Shown here: positions 39,380-53,182 of the stretch, piece after piece
Layout: each line of letters begins with the position of its first letter
How positions within the stretch are numbered: the first letter of the stretch is position 1
The notes under the pieces: generated by a model
Told to the model about the DNA's origin: nothing
What the model saw: only the letters and a program-made list of their open reading frames with translations
Database searches by the model: none
Position numbers and translations under genes: made by a program
DNA from: Lytechinus pictus
Taxonomy: Eukaryota
DNA: 64,000 nucleotides
Reading direction: 5' to 3'
Assembly (NCBI RefSeq): GCF_037042905.1
Contig: NC_087245.1
Coordinates: 35,652,001 to 35,716,000 of the forward strand

Positions 39380-41024
39380 GTGAAAACATAATACTAAGCC
39401 CAATTGGTCAATTGTCAAATGTACTTGGGATGGCAATGATTTTGCGATAGCTCTAATACAGGGGCAGTAGACCCTTTTAAAGGATTTCATAGTTCATTAT
39501 TTGGATCGTGCCATTTTTTTTTTACATCTGTAAAGGATTTTTTGTTCGAGTATCGGAGTTATGACTAAAAATACTAGTGGCAGTAGTATAGAAGAAGTAG
39601 TAGCACGAGGAGTAGTAGTAGCAGCAGGATAGAAGTAGAAGTAGTAGATGAATTAAAAAATATATTGTTGCGGCGATATCTGCCATGTTCTGATAAGTAG
39701 AAGTAATAAATGAAAATGAAGTGTTGCGGGTGTATAGGTCAAAAATAAAATCGCAGCGGTTAAAGCTGCAGTTCAGTAGCTTTTCCTTTATCATCATAAT
39801 TTGGAGATCGAGCGATAGAGGTTGAATTAAAAATCCTTCAATTCTGAAAATAATGAATATGAAGTCGCCATATAGTAATGTGTTTATCATTTACCTCTAA
39901 CATATTCTCTTTCCCTTCTTTTTGAAACGGCAAAAGAATCTCAGTTTTTTATAATAAAGACGTGTGATAATGTGCAGTAAGTCCCATAAAAGGCCCAAGC
40001 GCGCCAGTGTACGTGTGCGAAGGTCATTTCAATTAGAATAAAACATTCAAATTGCACGTCCATCCATATGCAGAAGCAAACAAACAGGTGAGCCGAGACA
40101 ATTTCCTTGGTAACGGCGCAACGATTGGATGAAAGTTTTAGCTTCCGCAGATCACATTGTGATGTCATGTCAGAAAGTTCGTTGACTTCACGAATTGGCC
40201 CATTTGTAGTGACCGGGGGCCGAGGCCGTCGCATACTGATCGTGCTGGCAAACTTCCTGTCGGACGAAATATTATGTTGCATCTTTCTCCCCCACCCCTT
40301 AAAAAATATGTCTGGCTTTCTCATGTATGTTTTTTGAGGATGCTGAAGAAGGGAGGGGTAGTGAAAAGAGATCACATTTTATGGCCATGGTATCTATCAA
40401 TATTTGGAAATCTAAATACTTTATGAAAAAAAGGTGTCTATGCTCTGGGTCAATTTGACTGATCAGACAATCAATTGCCTTTATTGGTTAATAGAATATT
40501 GGTTCCCTTCGTAATATGTAACAACGTTTTTTTTTTTTTTTTTTATTCGGGGTGGGGCAGTGATGGTTATAACTTTTTTCGATGAGGTCCAGTTATTTTA
40601 TTGTTAAAAGGAAAACTCAAATAAATAAAAAACCTCTTGGCATTCCCATTTTCACGTTCTCTGATTTTTTTTCATAAAAGAACCTGTTCTACGCTTTATC
40701 AGCCAAAGTCTAATCTGAAAGTAAAACCCAATTTTTCTCACAATCAACGAAAAACTCAAGCCAGGTTTTTCCCGGGTTTTTTCAGATGGCAAATGTTGAT
40801 GACAGGTCATCCTGGACTTTGAGAACAACACCGCACTGACAGATCCAGGATTACTAGATCTGCCAGTGTGTGGTGTTGTTCTCAAAGTCTAAAATTCAAT
40901 TCTTATTTTCTATAGCGCTCTAAATTAATAACCATGTAATGTTTTGTAGGCCTACAGCGAAAGTCACGGCTGCGATCGTTCGTGATGCACGCCTGTATAG
41001 TCGTTTCGTCGTGAATACATTGAA

Positions 41025-41630
41025 AGGTCAAGTCCACCCCAGAAAAATGTTGATTTAAATAAAAAGAGAAAAATCAAACTAGCATAACGCTGAAAATTTC
41101 ATTAAAATCGGATGTAAAATAGGAAAGTTATGACATTTTAAAGTTTTGCTTATTTTTCACAGAACAGTGATTATGTACAACTCAGCGACATGCAAATGAA
41201 ACAGTCGATGATGTCCCTCACTCACTATTTCTTTTGTTTTTTTATTGTTAGAATTATACAATATTTCATTTTTTTTTACAGAATTGACAATAAAGACCAA
41301 CTTGACTAAACTATATAATATTAAGTAATCCTAATTCCACATGTTCAGGGAAGAATTTATCGTTTTTTCACTTGACGATGAAGAGAAAATGAGAATATTT
41401 CATATTTTATATCATAAAATACGAAAGAAATAGTGAGTGGATGATGTCATCAGTATCCTCATTTGCATACCGACCAGGATGTACATAACTGTTTTGCGAA
41501 ATTAACCGAAAGTTTAAAATGTCATAACTTTCTTATTTTACATCCGATTTTGATGAAATTTTCAGTGTTATGTTTGTTGGATTTTTCTCTTTTTATTCAA
41601 ATCAACTTTTTGTTGGGGTGGACTTCTCCT
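41025..41630. mobile_element. Kolobok-type MITE, family A
   Basis: tgaa|aggtcaagtccacccc...ggggtggacttctcct|ttaa; homologous to 2358-2959 in the opposite orientation. Confidence 0.88.
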
Positions 41631-41879
41631 TTAATGTCCAATTGTACCCCGGGGTGTCCTATGTTACCCTATAATTAAAGGTTAAAAAAAATCATTAATT
41701 ACACAAAATAGAATAATTTGGTGGCAATACATACTTCATATATATACTTCAGTATCTATCGATCTATAGTATATACATTATGATCATTGCCTATAGCTTG
41801 ACAAAACAAAATTAAAAGTTACAAGGAATCTTTCCTGATTATGCGAAAATGTCCCATCAATATTTTACAAAGTCATTGG

Positions 41880-41890
41880 GTGAGTCAGCA
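41880..41890 (+). promoter_or_regulatory. Candidate antioxidant response element (CNC-sMaf site) upstream of GCLC
   Basis: GTGAGTCAGCA is a perfect match to RTGASTCAGCA with an AT-rich 3' flank. GCLC is an established Nrf2/CncC target in other animals. Confidence 0.5.
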
Positions 41891-44029
41891 GATTTTTTTC
41901 TGCTGATCAACGTAGGCCCGAGTGCGTGCAAACACTGGATAAAAATAGTAAATAATACAAATATCAACAATAGTATATATAGTCTCTATCTTACAGACTT
42001 AATCGAAATATTCATATGATTTATGTAATAAGTCTAGACAAAATTACCAAATTAGATATGCATAATATCAGTAATAAAATACAAAAACAAAGAAGACAAT
42101 AGGTATATAATTTACTATCAGCATATCTTTGGACAGTTCTTGTAATAGAGAGTTAGACTTACGTTATAAATAACTCGACATTAAAGTGTCTGCAAGTATA
42201 CGACTATACCGTCATGTCGTTTGACTCTATCCCTGCAACTCGGCCCTCAATAAACTCTGTTCACAAATCGCCCGCGTTATTGCCATCCATCCCGTGTTCA
42301 GATAATTTATTATCGTTTAAAAACAAAGTTCATCAAAATGCTGGCAGCTCTCCTCTTTGATTGTGTTATCTGCCGCCCTAAAATGTTATAAAGCATGCAC
42401 TGAATTATGTTTTAACTAGCGCACTGTAAGTTTCCGACCTACACGCATAAAAAAATTAATTTTTTTTTTTTTTTTTTTCGAGGGATCTGACAAACTAAAA
42501 TGTTTTTGAAGCAAATTTTCTCGCTCTCCTCGCTGCACTCAGATTTCATGATTTATTAGCATCTTATTTTCCAGGATGTCGTCACAGATTTCTCCCGACG
42601 ACGATGAGAAAATAATCGCTGCCCCTATCATCGGTCCGGTCGTCTCCCGCGCTGTCATAAGATGCGCACCATAAGATTCCTCGGCTATAAATCTTTATTT
42701 TTATATAGAGTTTCATTTTGAATTATAACCCCGTTTTGCGTTTTTCCCTAACTTGAGTAGAGTGAAACCGGGTGAATAATCAAAGCTTTACCCGAAACTT
42801 TCGGGAGGGGGCACTTTTTCCAATGCAATAGGCCGCCCACGGTCCAGAAAATTCTTCCAAAAGATATCTTTTGATTTTATATCTCTCTCTTGCTAATAAA
42901 AATGCTAATGCATTAGTATTTCAGGATATTTTGTACTTTCGTAAATGTTCTTTCGTTCTGTTTTCCCGCTTTTCATCCATTTTCTCTATTTATGTTCTTT
43001 TTTTTTCTGTCCCTTTCTTTTCACTTTTCCCTTTCCTCTTTTCTTGATTTCTTTCCCTTTCCCCTTTTCTCTCTTTTCCCCGTTTTTTCCCCGGTGAAAT
43101 CCACCAGGGGGCAGCTTGCCCCCCACGCCTGTTACGCCACTGTTCATCCAAGCAGTTCTCTTTTACTCCATTCCTATACCTACTTTTTGTAATGTTGTAA
43201 CTGTACTGCGTTTCTGGTGAAAATCCGTTTTTTCTTGTCCCCGTTTTTCATAATTATTAAAAAAAATTAAAATCATGTTTGTGCTAGAAACCCAAAGGAA
43301 AAAATATATGAACCGCAGCATTATGATGAAATTAGGTGTAAATTTCTTTTTTAATTTATGTCACTATTTTTGTAGAAAGTCGGCACCCGCGGTAACACAA
43401 AAATGCACATGATGGCGACAAGGCTTGTCGGAAGGGTGAATTGTCTAGTGATTTTTCCCTGTATAGTTAGGGACTTTTTATTATTGTTTAACAACTTTAT
43501 TGCAGTTTAAGATATCACACTTATTAACTAACAGTCTTAGGTAAATATCTGTGGATTTTGTACAATGGTGCTTGCAGCTAGTGGCGTACCGTGGGTCACG
43601 GCATGGGGGGGGGGGGGGGCACCAGCAAAAATTTTGCGTCACTTAGTCATTCAGTTGCCAGGTATACAGACCTAGAGACATTTTAAGGACAGTGCCATTA
43701 AACGGATATGTATCTCATTGATCAAATAATGCAAGCGCGAAGCGCGAGATGAAAATTTTTGATATTCAGGCCTAAAAGGGGACATTATAGGCAAATTTTT
43801 GTAATCATGATACGTACCTGTCTCACTAAACAAACAATACGAACGCGAAGCGCGAGCTGAAATTTTTGTATATAAATTACCCCAAACAGCGACATTTTAA
43901 GGACTATATTTTAGAAATCCATTAAGAGTATACATATCTTCCATAGTCATCTAATGCGCTTGCTAATTTTGTTAGAATTACATCTAAACCCAGGAAGCAC
44001 TTGTAGTCATTGTAATCATGATTGATATA

Positions 44030-44650
44030 TTCAATTCAATTCAATTCAATTCAATTTGCATTTATTTCATTCTCGATAAAAACAATTATAAAGCAAGGTA
44101 TGAGAAGCAATATATATACAAGCAAGAGTAAAAATGAAAATGAAATGGGGAACTGCATAAATAAAGCCAAGTGGCCTTGTGTAAGCGCAGTTCCCAAAAC
44201 ATTAATAACATGACATGGTATAGAGAAACAATAAGATAAAGAATTAAACATGATATATAAACAAGAAAAAAAAACATTAAAACAACATAAAAATGTGTCA
44301 ATCTACAAGACAAAAATAACTATACATATTTAAGATATAGGAACTGCTTCAATCTTTTTTTGAATGACCTAACAGACTTGCTTTCAATTACATCTCTAGG
44401 GGTGGAGTTCCAGATTACAGGGAAATTATGTCTTACACATTTCATTACGTTATTAGTTTTAACTGGCCATAGGTGGAATGAATGTTTAAAACGAGTATTG
44501 TGATTATGTATCCGGTGATTAAGGGTAAACATTTTATGGATATTAAGAGGTAGTTTATTCTGGAAATAAAAGAAACCAATTAATGCAATAGAAAAATAAT
44601 ACAAATCATAAATATTAAGAGACTTTATCTTTCGAAACAGTGGGGCAGAA
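44030..44650 (-). mobile_element. CR1/L2-group LINE 3' fragment
   Basis: SAPLFRKIKSLNIYDLY...HNHNTR...WNSTPRDVIESKSVRSFKKRLK; (ATTGA)n tail at 44030-44056. Confidence 0.85.
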
Positions 44651-45297
44651 CGCATCTCACTAATCAAATATTACGAGCGCGAAGCGCGAGCTGAAAATTT
44701 AAGATATTCAGACCCGAATTTTGCTTGTTTGTAGGAATTCAAGAAGACCATATATATTATGTAGGTTCACTAATCAATGATGCGAACACGAGCTGAAATT
44801 CCAAACAGGGATATTTTAAGGACTATTAAAAAAAAAAAGGAATGATTAAGAATATACATATCTCACCATAGTCATCTAATGTGAGTGCCAAAAGCGATTG
44901 CTGATTTTGTAGAATAACATCTAGACACATGAAGCACTTTTTGTATTCATTGTAATCATGATTATCATACGCTTCTCACTATAACCAAATGATGCGAGCG
45001 CGAAGCGCGAGCTGAAAATTTTTGATATTCAGATCAGAAAAAGGGACATTTTAACGACTGATTTTAGGGTTTCATGAAGAGCAGATATATCTCACCGTAA
45101 TGCGAACGTCAAGCACGGACAGGAAATGTTTTATATTAAGACCTTGAAATGGGACAATCATTTAGGCCTAGTCATGAAATTAAAAGATTATGTCACTACA
45201 TAAAACAAAAATAACTCGAAGTGCGAGGAAATATATTTGGTGTATATTGACTTGAAAACGGGAGGTTTTAGTACAACACTGAGGATTATCTCGTTAA

Positions 45298-45898
45298 AGG
45301 TCAAGTCCACTCCAGAAAATTGTTGATTTGAATCGATAGGGAAAAATCAAACTAGCATAACACTGAAAATTTCATCAAAATCGGATGTAAAATAAAAAAG
45401 TTATGGCATTTTAAGTTTCGTGTATTTTTCACAAAACAGTTAAATGCACAACTTAGTGATATGCAAATGAGAGAGTCGATGATGTCCATCACTCAATATT
45501 TCTTTTGTTTTTTTATTGTTTGGATAATACAATATTTCAATTTTTACAGATTTGACAAGAAGGACCAACTTTACTTAACCATAAACTGCAACAACAATGG
45601 TAATTCCACATGTTCAGGGAGAAATAAAACTTTGTTTCACTTGACGAGGAGAAAATTAGAATATTTTATATTTCATATAATAAAATACAAAAGAAATAGT
45701 GAGTGGTGACGTCATCAGTCTGCCAATTTGCATACCGACCAGGATGTGCATATAACTGTTTTGTGAAATTAAGCGAAACTTTAGAATGTCATATAACTTT
45801 CTTATTTTACATCCGATTTTGATGAAATTTTCTGTGTTTTGCTTGTTGGATTTTCCTCCTTTTTTTAAATCAACTTTTTGTTGGGGTGGACTTGTCCT
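45298..45898. mobile_element. Kolobok-type MITE, family A, nested in a hAT element
   Basis: ttaa|aggtcaagtccac...gtggacttgtcct|ttaa. Confidence 0.9.
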
Positions 45899-47241
45899 TT
45901 AAACAGACAATGCGAACACCATATGGAATAATGAAGACATAGACCCTGAGCAAATTATGTTTCATAAAGTTATGAAGAAATGTTTCTTATATGTGCAGTG
46001 ACATAAGTATGATCTAACATTATAATGAACAATAATTTCTTATTTCCCACTAAGTATCTTCTTTTTTTGCCAGCCGATGGGGGGGGGCATGTGCCCCCCA
46101 TCCCCCCCCCCCCGTAGTTACGCCACTGGGTGCTTGGAAGTCCAACTATTCTGGCAGCTTTTTTTTCAACCTTGAGGTCCCACTGCCCCTTATAATGTAG
46201 GCCTGTAACCTTTAAATTACCAATTATTATCTCCATGCTCATCATACTATAAGTATAAGAACATGAAGCTCTGCTGAGTGTACCGAGGACGAACTTGTAA
46301 TGATTGTCTTGCGTTTGCATAATAATATTATCGCAGCTAGCATGCAGCATGCAATTACCCCCCCCCCCCCCCCGGCCCCCGGCGCGGCGTTTGCGTTAAA
46401 TCGAGGTCTCTCAAGCTCGTCTTTGGAATAATTGCATGCTAGCTGAGCTGCGTTTATGCAAGTCACGATCACGATAACATTTTCAGTTAGAGTCTGGATA
46501 TTTAGGCCTAGGAGTTTTGCCCTGATTGATTGAGATTGAATTCTAGTATTAAGAGGGTGTGTGCCAGGTAAGTTTTTATTTTACATTGTAAATCGTTCAA
46601 TTGGCCAAGAAAGTTACAATTGGCACAGGGCAGTGCAGCTGTGAGGTAACCCAGGGAGCTCCGGCCTTCGAAACGGGCCGGAGCCCAGGCACAGGAGTCG
46701 TCCGTGTAAATACTAGGATTGGGGGGTCGGGTGTCCGGACACTTTATATTTTTGAAGCCTTCTTTTTTTGTCTTTGGATTACACTAAAAATACGAATTCA
46801 ATAGTTTTAATCATCTTCTATTTTGTTCTCTATAATATTTCCTGAAATTTTGTAGGCTCCCTACTAAAAATTGATAAAACTTCCCTTGTAAATTTTTCCA
46901 AATGACTTTCTAAAATTGATCGTCCGGACATACAACTGTGTCTGTAGTAGTAACTACTGAGTACTGGGTATACTACTAGGGCCTCCGGCTCTAGGCAGAC
47001 ATGGGGTATCACGGGGTATCAGACCTGCCAACCAGTACGATTTAGCCGTATTTAGTACGTTTTTGCAACAAAAATATCATATGGCAGTAGGCCCTACGTT
47101 TTTTTATTATTTTTTTTTACAAAATCGTAATTTATTGAGAAAAATCATCTCTATAAAATAAATATGTGATGTCTCTATTTCATAAAACGTATGATAGTGG
47201 GCCCCAAGTCTGCGCACCTAACAATTTGAGTTAAGATTTAA

Positions 47242-47842
47242 AGGGGAATCCAACCCAAATAAAATCTTGTTTTTATAAGGAAAAGAAAAATCAGACAAGT
47301 TGATAGGTGAAAGTTTGAACAATATTGGACAAACAACAAGAAAGTTATGAATTTTTAAAAGTTGTAAATATTGGTAATCACTATACCCATGGAGACTTCA
47401 AATTGGCCGCATATGGGATGTCATAGTGATGTAAGGCAAGGACTACTCTTCCATGTACTCCAATACATATTTTGGCTAAAATGTCATTTTTCCCAAAAGT
47501 TTTATTTCAAATTATATTTTTCTTTCATGAGGACGTACAACAATATACTACCTGGGTTATATTTAGATTACTGCCCCAGGGGAGTGGGTACTTAGGAGAA
47601 AACCACAAATCCCTGATAATAAAGTACATGGCCTATGGGAAAGTTGTCCTTGCCCCTTGTCATAATTTACTTACGCAGTTGCCAATTTGAAATCTACATA
47701 GTATTAGTGATCTCAATTTTAGAGCAGCTATAACTTTCTTATTGCTCATGCTTGTCCGATTTCTTTCAAACTTTCACCATTCTGTTTTATTTATTTTTCT
47801 CCTTCCCAACACAACATTTTATGGCCAAGGCTGGATTCCCCT
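47242..47842. mobile_element. Kolobok-type MITE, family B
   Basis: ttaa|aggggaatccaacc...ggctggattcccct|ttaa. Confidence 0.9.
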
Positions 47843-48322
47843 TTAACCTGAATTCCTTCTTATTTCACAAAATCTAAAAGTTTTGGTTAATGGTGTTCCT
47901 TATATTATCAAGAGTAAGTGTACCAAATTTCTCATTAAAAAATGAAAGAAAATATAAGATTTTCTTGAAAAAAAAAATGGTACCCCATGTCTGCGCACTC
48001 ATTCACTTTGCACACGATTCGGGGATTTTGATGACAAAGGCTGCATTTTGAGGCTGTCACATGAAATGCCCTGAATTCATTATTTTTCCACCATTTTGAG
48101 TCGGATTTTTTTATGAATACCTGTCTATGTATTGCATGTGTAAAGTTCGTGCTCGTTGCGTATCTTCTTTTACTAGAATCGCGCAGATACGCGGGTGCGC
48201 AGACTTGGGAGATCGCGCTGACTTGGGGGAACTGACCTTACACAAATATGGTTATTAGATCAATGTAATTTCAGGTAACATGTTTTGTTTTCAATCATTT
48301 TGTAAAAACCAGGGTGAGATAT

Positions 48323-49414
48323 AGTGCTGTTGTCGATAGGCCTCATATCGACATTGATGTCGACATACGAAGGATTTTCAATGTTTCCGACATGTCGACA
48401 TGCACGCACCCACATCGACATGTAAACATAAAATAAAAAGGGGTCTAGCCTAAAGTCACGAGTGTAAAGCTTAGCTGAAAAGTTAGAAGCATTTATCCAT
48501 AGTAATTGGCGCGATTAAAAGGTTTATTCAGCTTAGCAGCGCATTAAAAAAGAAAACCTGCGAGCTGCGCGGCAGCAGAAATGCGTCAGTGCGGGGCCGG
48601 CCTGCCCGATCGAGCTGCCCTCGTCGATCCCGACGATCGCTCTAGATCTATATCTAGCGCTATAGCGAGCGTAGCGTAGTAGCATTCACCGTACCCATCC
48701 ACGGAAATATGTACCCATCGCTTGATCGCTATTCACCGTGCTTGATAATACGTTGCTCCTCAATGCATTACTTTTCACATAAACGTGAGCAGCAGCGAAC
48801 ACGTGTTTTTGTTAAAGTTGTGACCGCCGCAATTGAGCGCTTACTTCATATCACGAAGTCACAGTAAACTTCCCTTCCTTCGTTTGGAGATCGTTGCACG
48901 GATCGCCGCGGAAGTGATACTGAAATTATTGGTCGATTTTCATTATTTTTTATTGTCAATTTGAGGAGTTTGCATTTGCAGCACATGTGTACCAGCGTAT
49001 AATACGCAATGATCACTGTTGTAATTGATGATTCTCAAATTGGCTCCGAGTGTTATTGCGCAATGCCTTCGAGACCGGTCACCGGATCGTGGTACAAAAA
49101 CTTGATTCTCCAGAAAAAGATGTGGATTAAAATCTGTGATTTTGGAAGTGAATTCACTCTAGCTTAGTGAAAATATGTTTTCCCGAACTGAGCCTGTATC
49201 ATATAGATCTATATCTTGTGTGGGGATATCACTCGTGTCAAGGTGAATACATTTGATTGAGACTGAGAGTATTATGTTCCATGATCGAATGATTTTTTTT
49301 ATGTTAGGGAGCCTAGGCTAAATTACGGTCCCTTTTTCATGTCGACATTGTCGATGTCGGGATTAATTTTTAAGCGACATGTCGACATGGATTTTTGTTC
49401 CCGACAACAGCACT
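48323..49414. mobile_element. Non-autonomous TIR element upstream of the GCLC ATG exon
   Basis: 13-bp TIR agtgctgttgtcg / cgacaacagcact with clustered (tg)tcgaca subterminal motifs at both ends; no clear TSD. Confidence 0.7.
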
Positions 49415-50305
49415 TATGCGCAGTGCAAGCCTTCCATTTCCCCACACAGTATTCCACCAAAACAAGTGTGCAATTCTCTATCACCTCGTACCAAAATCGA
49501 CCTAGAATTTCACTTTCCTATATTTTATATGAACTATGAAAGGTATTTTCGGAGGATCTATTTTCTCACCGATACCGCACAGGTAAGCGAATTTCGATTA
49601 CTTCTTGCTTTTCCGTCAAAATCTTACGAAATAGCGTCGATGTGGCATCGTGTTCGTTGGAATTTGTAGAGTCTATCGCAACGTGCACAAAGTCAATTGG
49701 CTTCCGGGTTTCGGAGCGTCGCGTGAATATGCATGAAATTGCAGAGTTTCAATAATTTTCGATCGATACCGGAGCGATCCGATCACGAACCAAGACCATT
49801 TCCCGCGTACACAATGTGACCAGATATCGTTATCGCTATCGATACTTCCGCGCGCAGTCCGAAGGAACTATTTTGGCGACCACATGGTCATGACGTGATC
49901 TGCGCAATTGACCAATCAGCGGTCTCCGAATCGCTGTGCGGAGACAATCTATCCGTTGTACACAGTCTATGGACAATTGTTCGTTGTGGTATGACGTACA
50001 TCCGGTTAGCGATGCCGTTTTGAAGAACAATTTATAGATCAAAATTATTATTTCACAAATACTGAAATTGAATGCGTGATTATAAATAATTAGTAGTATA
50101 TACTAATTATTTATATAAAAGATGAATAATCCAATCAACTCAGCTACACCTCGTTGAATGGATCTTTTCATCTTTCACCTTTATTTTTTAATGAAATTTT
50201 CTGTCCTGGCATTGCACTCATAACCATTTGCATCAGTAGGTACATGTGGAGTACAGGGTTTTGTGTTTTTGTTTTCTTCCTCAGGATTGACTTGGATCGT
50301 TTAGA

Positions 50306-50455
50306 ATGGGTCTGCTGTCCCAAGGTACACCGCTCACCTGGGAAGAGACAAAGAAGTACACAGATCACGTCCAAAAACATGGCATCCAACAATTCATCAA
50401 CCTTTATCACAAACTCAAGGATCGGCCTTGTGATACACTCAAATGGGGAGATGAG
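50306..50455 (+). CDS. GCLC: Glutamate-cysteine ligase catalytic subunit, coding exon 1
   Basis: [50 protein letters not shown] is the recognisable GCLC N-terminus (MGLLS.G.PL.W...LKWGDE). Donor GAG|gtgagt, phase 0. Confidence 0.97.
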
Positions 50456-50717
50456 GTGAGTTTTCAAAATTCAAAGGTAATAAAAAAAAGGCGTTTGATG
50501 CAACTGACACCAAACTGACCAATTATCTGTCGTTTGAAATTTAGCATAATGAGCTTTTGTCAGTGTTGAGTATGTTTTACCAGTGTGACAGAATTATACT
50601 GATATTCAAAGCTCTTGGTAAAGCCTCTTAAAAAAAGAGGAAAGTTTCAAGGAAAAGAAGGAAATCAATGTAGTCTGATGATGGGTGTTGGAATGATCAC
50701 CCCTCTTGTAGTTTTAA

Positions 50718-52972
50718 AGGGGAACCCAACCCAAATAAAAACTTGTTTTTATGAGAAAAAGAAAAATGAGACAAGTTGATAGGTGAAAGTTTGAACGATA
50801 TTGGACAAACAACAAGAAAGTTATGAATTTTTAAAAGTTGTAAATATTGGTAATCACTATACCCAGGCCTCTACAAAAAAAAAATCATCACTTGCCCGAC
50901 AGGGCAAGTGATAAAACTTTTGCTCTTAATTATTCTTTTCTGTCCTGGCTGAACTTGATTTACTGGCGCTGCCCTTGGCATTTCTTTTTCTTGACTCTTG
51001 TTCAAATTGTTCTGGTCGCCGATCACGATGACAAAAGTCGCCTATTTTAATTGTTTATTTGGTTTGAAGTTGAAGCCGAGTCCTGGCCAGGGTGACAAGA
51101 TTTCACAAAATGAAATACAGGACAATCAACAAAAAAAAAGATCAAGAAAGAAGGCTACACAGTGTTATAGACTTGTGAAAAAATGTACAGAATTGGGAGG
51201 GTGAACGAAAGAATGAAGGAGAGAAAGAAAAGAGATGAATTGAGAAGAAAGAAAGAAAAAATGAAGTGGAAAATGAAGGAAATAATAAAAAATATTAGGA
51301 AAGTTCTAATAAAAGAAGGATGAGAGAGAGAATAAAAATAGATAAAAAGGTTTCGGTCATTCTTTGAATTGAGTATAGAAAGAAAAAAAAAAGAAAAGAA
51401 GGGAAGATGAATAAATGTGTGAAAGTCAAAATAAAGAAGAGAAAGACAAAAAGAAAGTAAGAAAAAAGGTGGAGGAAAGAAAGAATGAAGGAAATAAAAT
51501 GTTTCCTTCATTCTTGAAAACAAAGAAAGAAGAAAACAGGAAGGAAGGAGGGAAGGAATGAAGGAAGAAAGGGAAATAAAGTATAAGGGAAAAGAATAAG
51601 AAGGACAAAATGAAATAAATAATGAAAGAAAGAAAGGAGGAAAGAGAGGGAGGAAAGAATGAAGGGAGGCCAGAATGAAAAAAATGAAAATAATGGAAGG
51701 AGAGAAAGAACGAAAATAAAAACGAGTGGAAGGGAGAAGGAATGAAGGAAATAAAAAAAGGAAATGTAATAAAGAAGGCAAGTAAGAGAAAGAAGGAAAG
51801 AAAGAAAATGAACAGAGAGAGAAAGGATTAGGAAATAAAAATAGATATGTAACAAAAAAGGGCAAGAAGGAAAGATATAAGGATAGAAAAAGAAAGAAAG
51901 AGGAAAAAAGTTCAAACTTCAAGCAAATAAAAACAATCCAATCACATAACAAAAATCCTAATGATATTTGGTGTTTTTTTTATATATTAAAAAAAAAAAA
52001 CTAAAATGTTTTAGAAATGAATAAAATACGGGACGTCTGGTCACCCTGGTCCTGGCCGAGTCAGTGCGAAGCTTGCATGCATTCAGCGCGATCTAGCTCG
52101 AGAGTCGACTGGCTCGCGATCGCTCGTGTACGTCCGTCCATGTACTGTAGCGGCGATGTATTAGAGCATGCGCCCAGAGGGCGAGAGAGGGGTTTCCCCA
52201 GCTAGCTCCTTCGTCGATTAGTAGGGCATGCGCACAGTGTAGTTTAGAAAGTAAGATGGCAGCCCCCATCGAACGGGACCGCTGGCGATAAAATGTCAGT
52301 GAATTGGCGCTGATTTGACATGTTTCCACTGTTTTTTGACTGGTATGACATTGTATGAGAGATAATATCCCGATAATTGCAATATATTAAACTTTACTGT
52401 CAATTTATCTTTTTCATTTTCAAAACAAGCACTTGCCCGATCGGGCAATTGACTTTGAAAAATGCTTGCCCGCACGTCAATTTCACTTGCCCCGGGCAAG
52501 CGGGTTTGTCGCGCCCTGCTATACCCATGGAGACTTCAAATTGGCCGCATATGGGATGTCATAGTGATGTAAGGCAAGGACTACTCTTCTATGTACTCCA
52601 ATACATATTATGGCTAACATGTCATTTTTCCCCAAAGTTTTATTTCAAATTATATTTTTCTTTCATGAGGACATAAAACAGTATACTACCTGGGTTTATA
52701 TTTAGATTACTGCCCCAGGGGAATGGGTACTTACATGTAGGAGAAAACCACAAATCCCTGATAATAAAGTACATGGCCTATGGGAAAGTTGTCCTTGCCC
52801 CTTGTCATTATTTACTTACCCAGTTGCCAATTTGAAATCTACATACTATTAGTGATCTCAATTTTAGAGCAGCAATAACTTTCTTATTGCTTGTCTGATT
52901 TCTTTCAAATTTTGTTTAATTTATTTTTCTCCTTCCCAACACAACATTTTATGGCCAAGGCTGGATTCCCCT
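50718..52972. mobile_element. Kolobok-type MITE, family B, split by a hAT insertion (GCLC intron 1)
   Basis: TTAA flanks; 50718-50863 and 52519-52972 join to match the intact copy at 47242-47842. Confidence 0.9.
50864..52518. mobile_element. Non-autonomous hAT-like element carrying a 0.7 kb GA-rich tract
   Basis: TIRs caggcctctacaaa / tttgtcgcgccctg (11/14), target duplication ctatacc(c), subterminal cacttgcccg motifs at both ends. Confidence 0.85.
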
Positions 52973-53182
52973 TTAAAGTTGAAGTATATCAGAAACCAAA
53001 TTACTTCACACTCTCTGAATTTTTTTTTCAACACCATTTTCATTCTGCATTGCAATTATGTTAATTGTATTTTATGCATGTGTGTAAGATGTTTATTTCA
53101 TCTTCAATTTATTTTGTCACTGTAGCTGATAAAGTAGCTCTGTACTTTACCTGTATTGAAACAGATATGCACATTGCACATC

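Larger units (their letters stand above)
43575..46128. mobile_element. Non-autonomous hAT element with internal tandem repeats and nested insertions
   Basis: 8-bp TSD ggtgcttg (43567-43574, 46129-46136); termini cag(ctag)tggcgta / tacgccactg; repeated gcgaagcgcgagctgaaaattt units. Confidence 0.88.

Noticed and set aside
51155..51952. 265-aa Phe/Ser/Leu-rich membrane-like ORF
   Set aside because: Translation of the complement of a GA-rich low-complexity tract inside a non-autonomous transposon.
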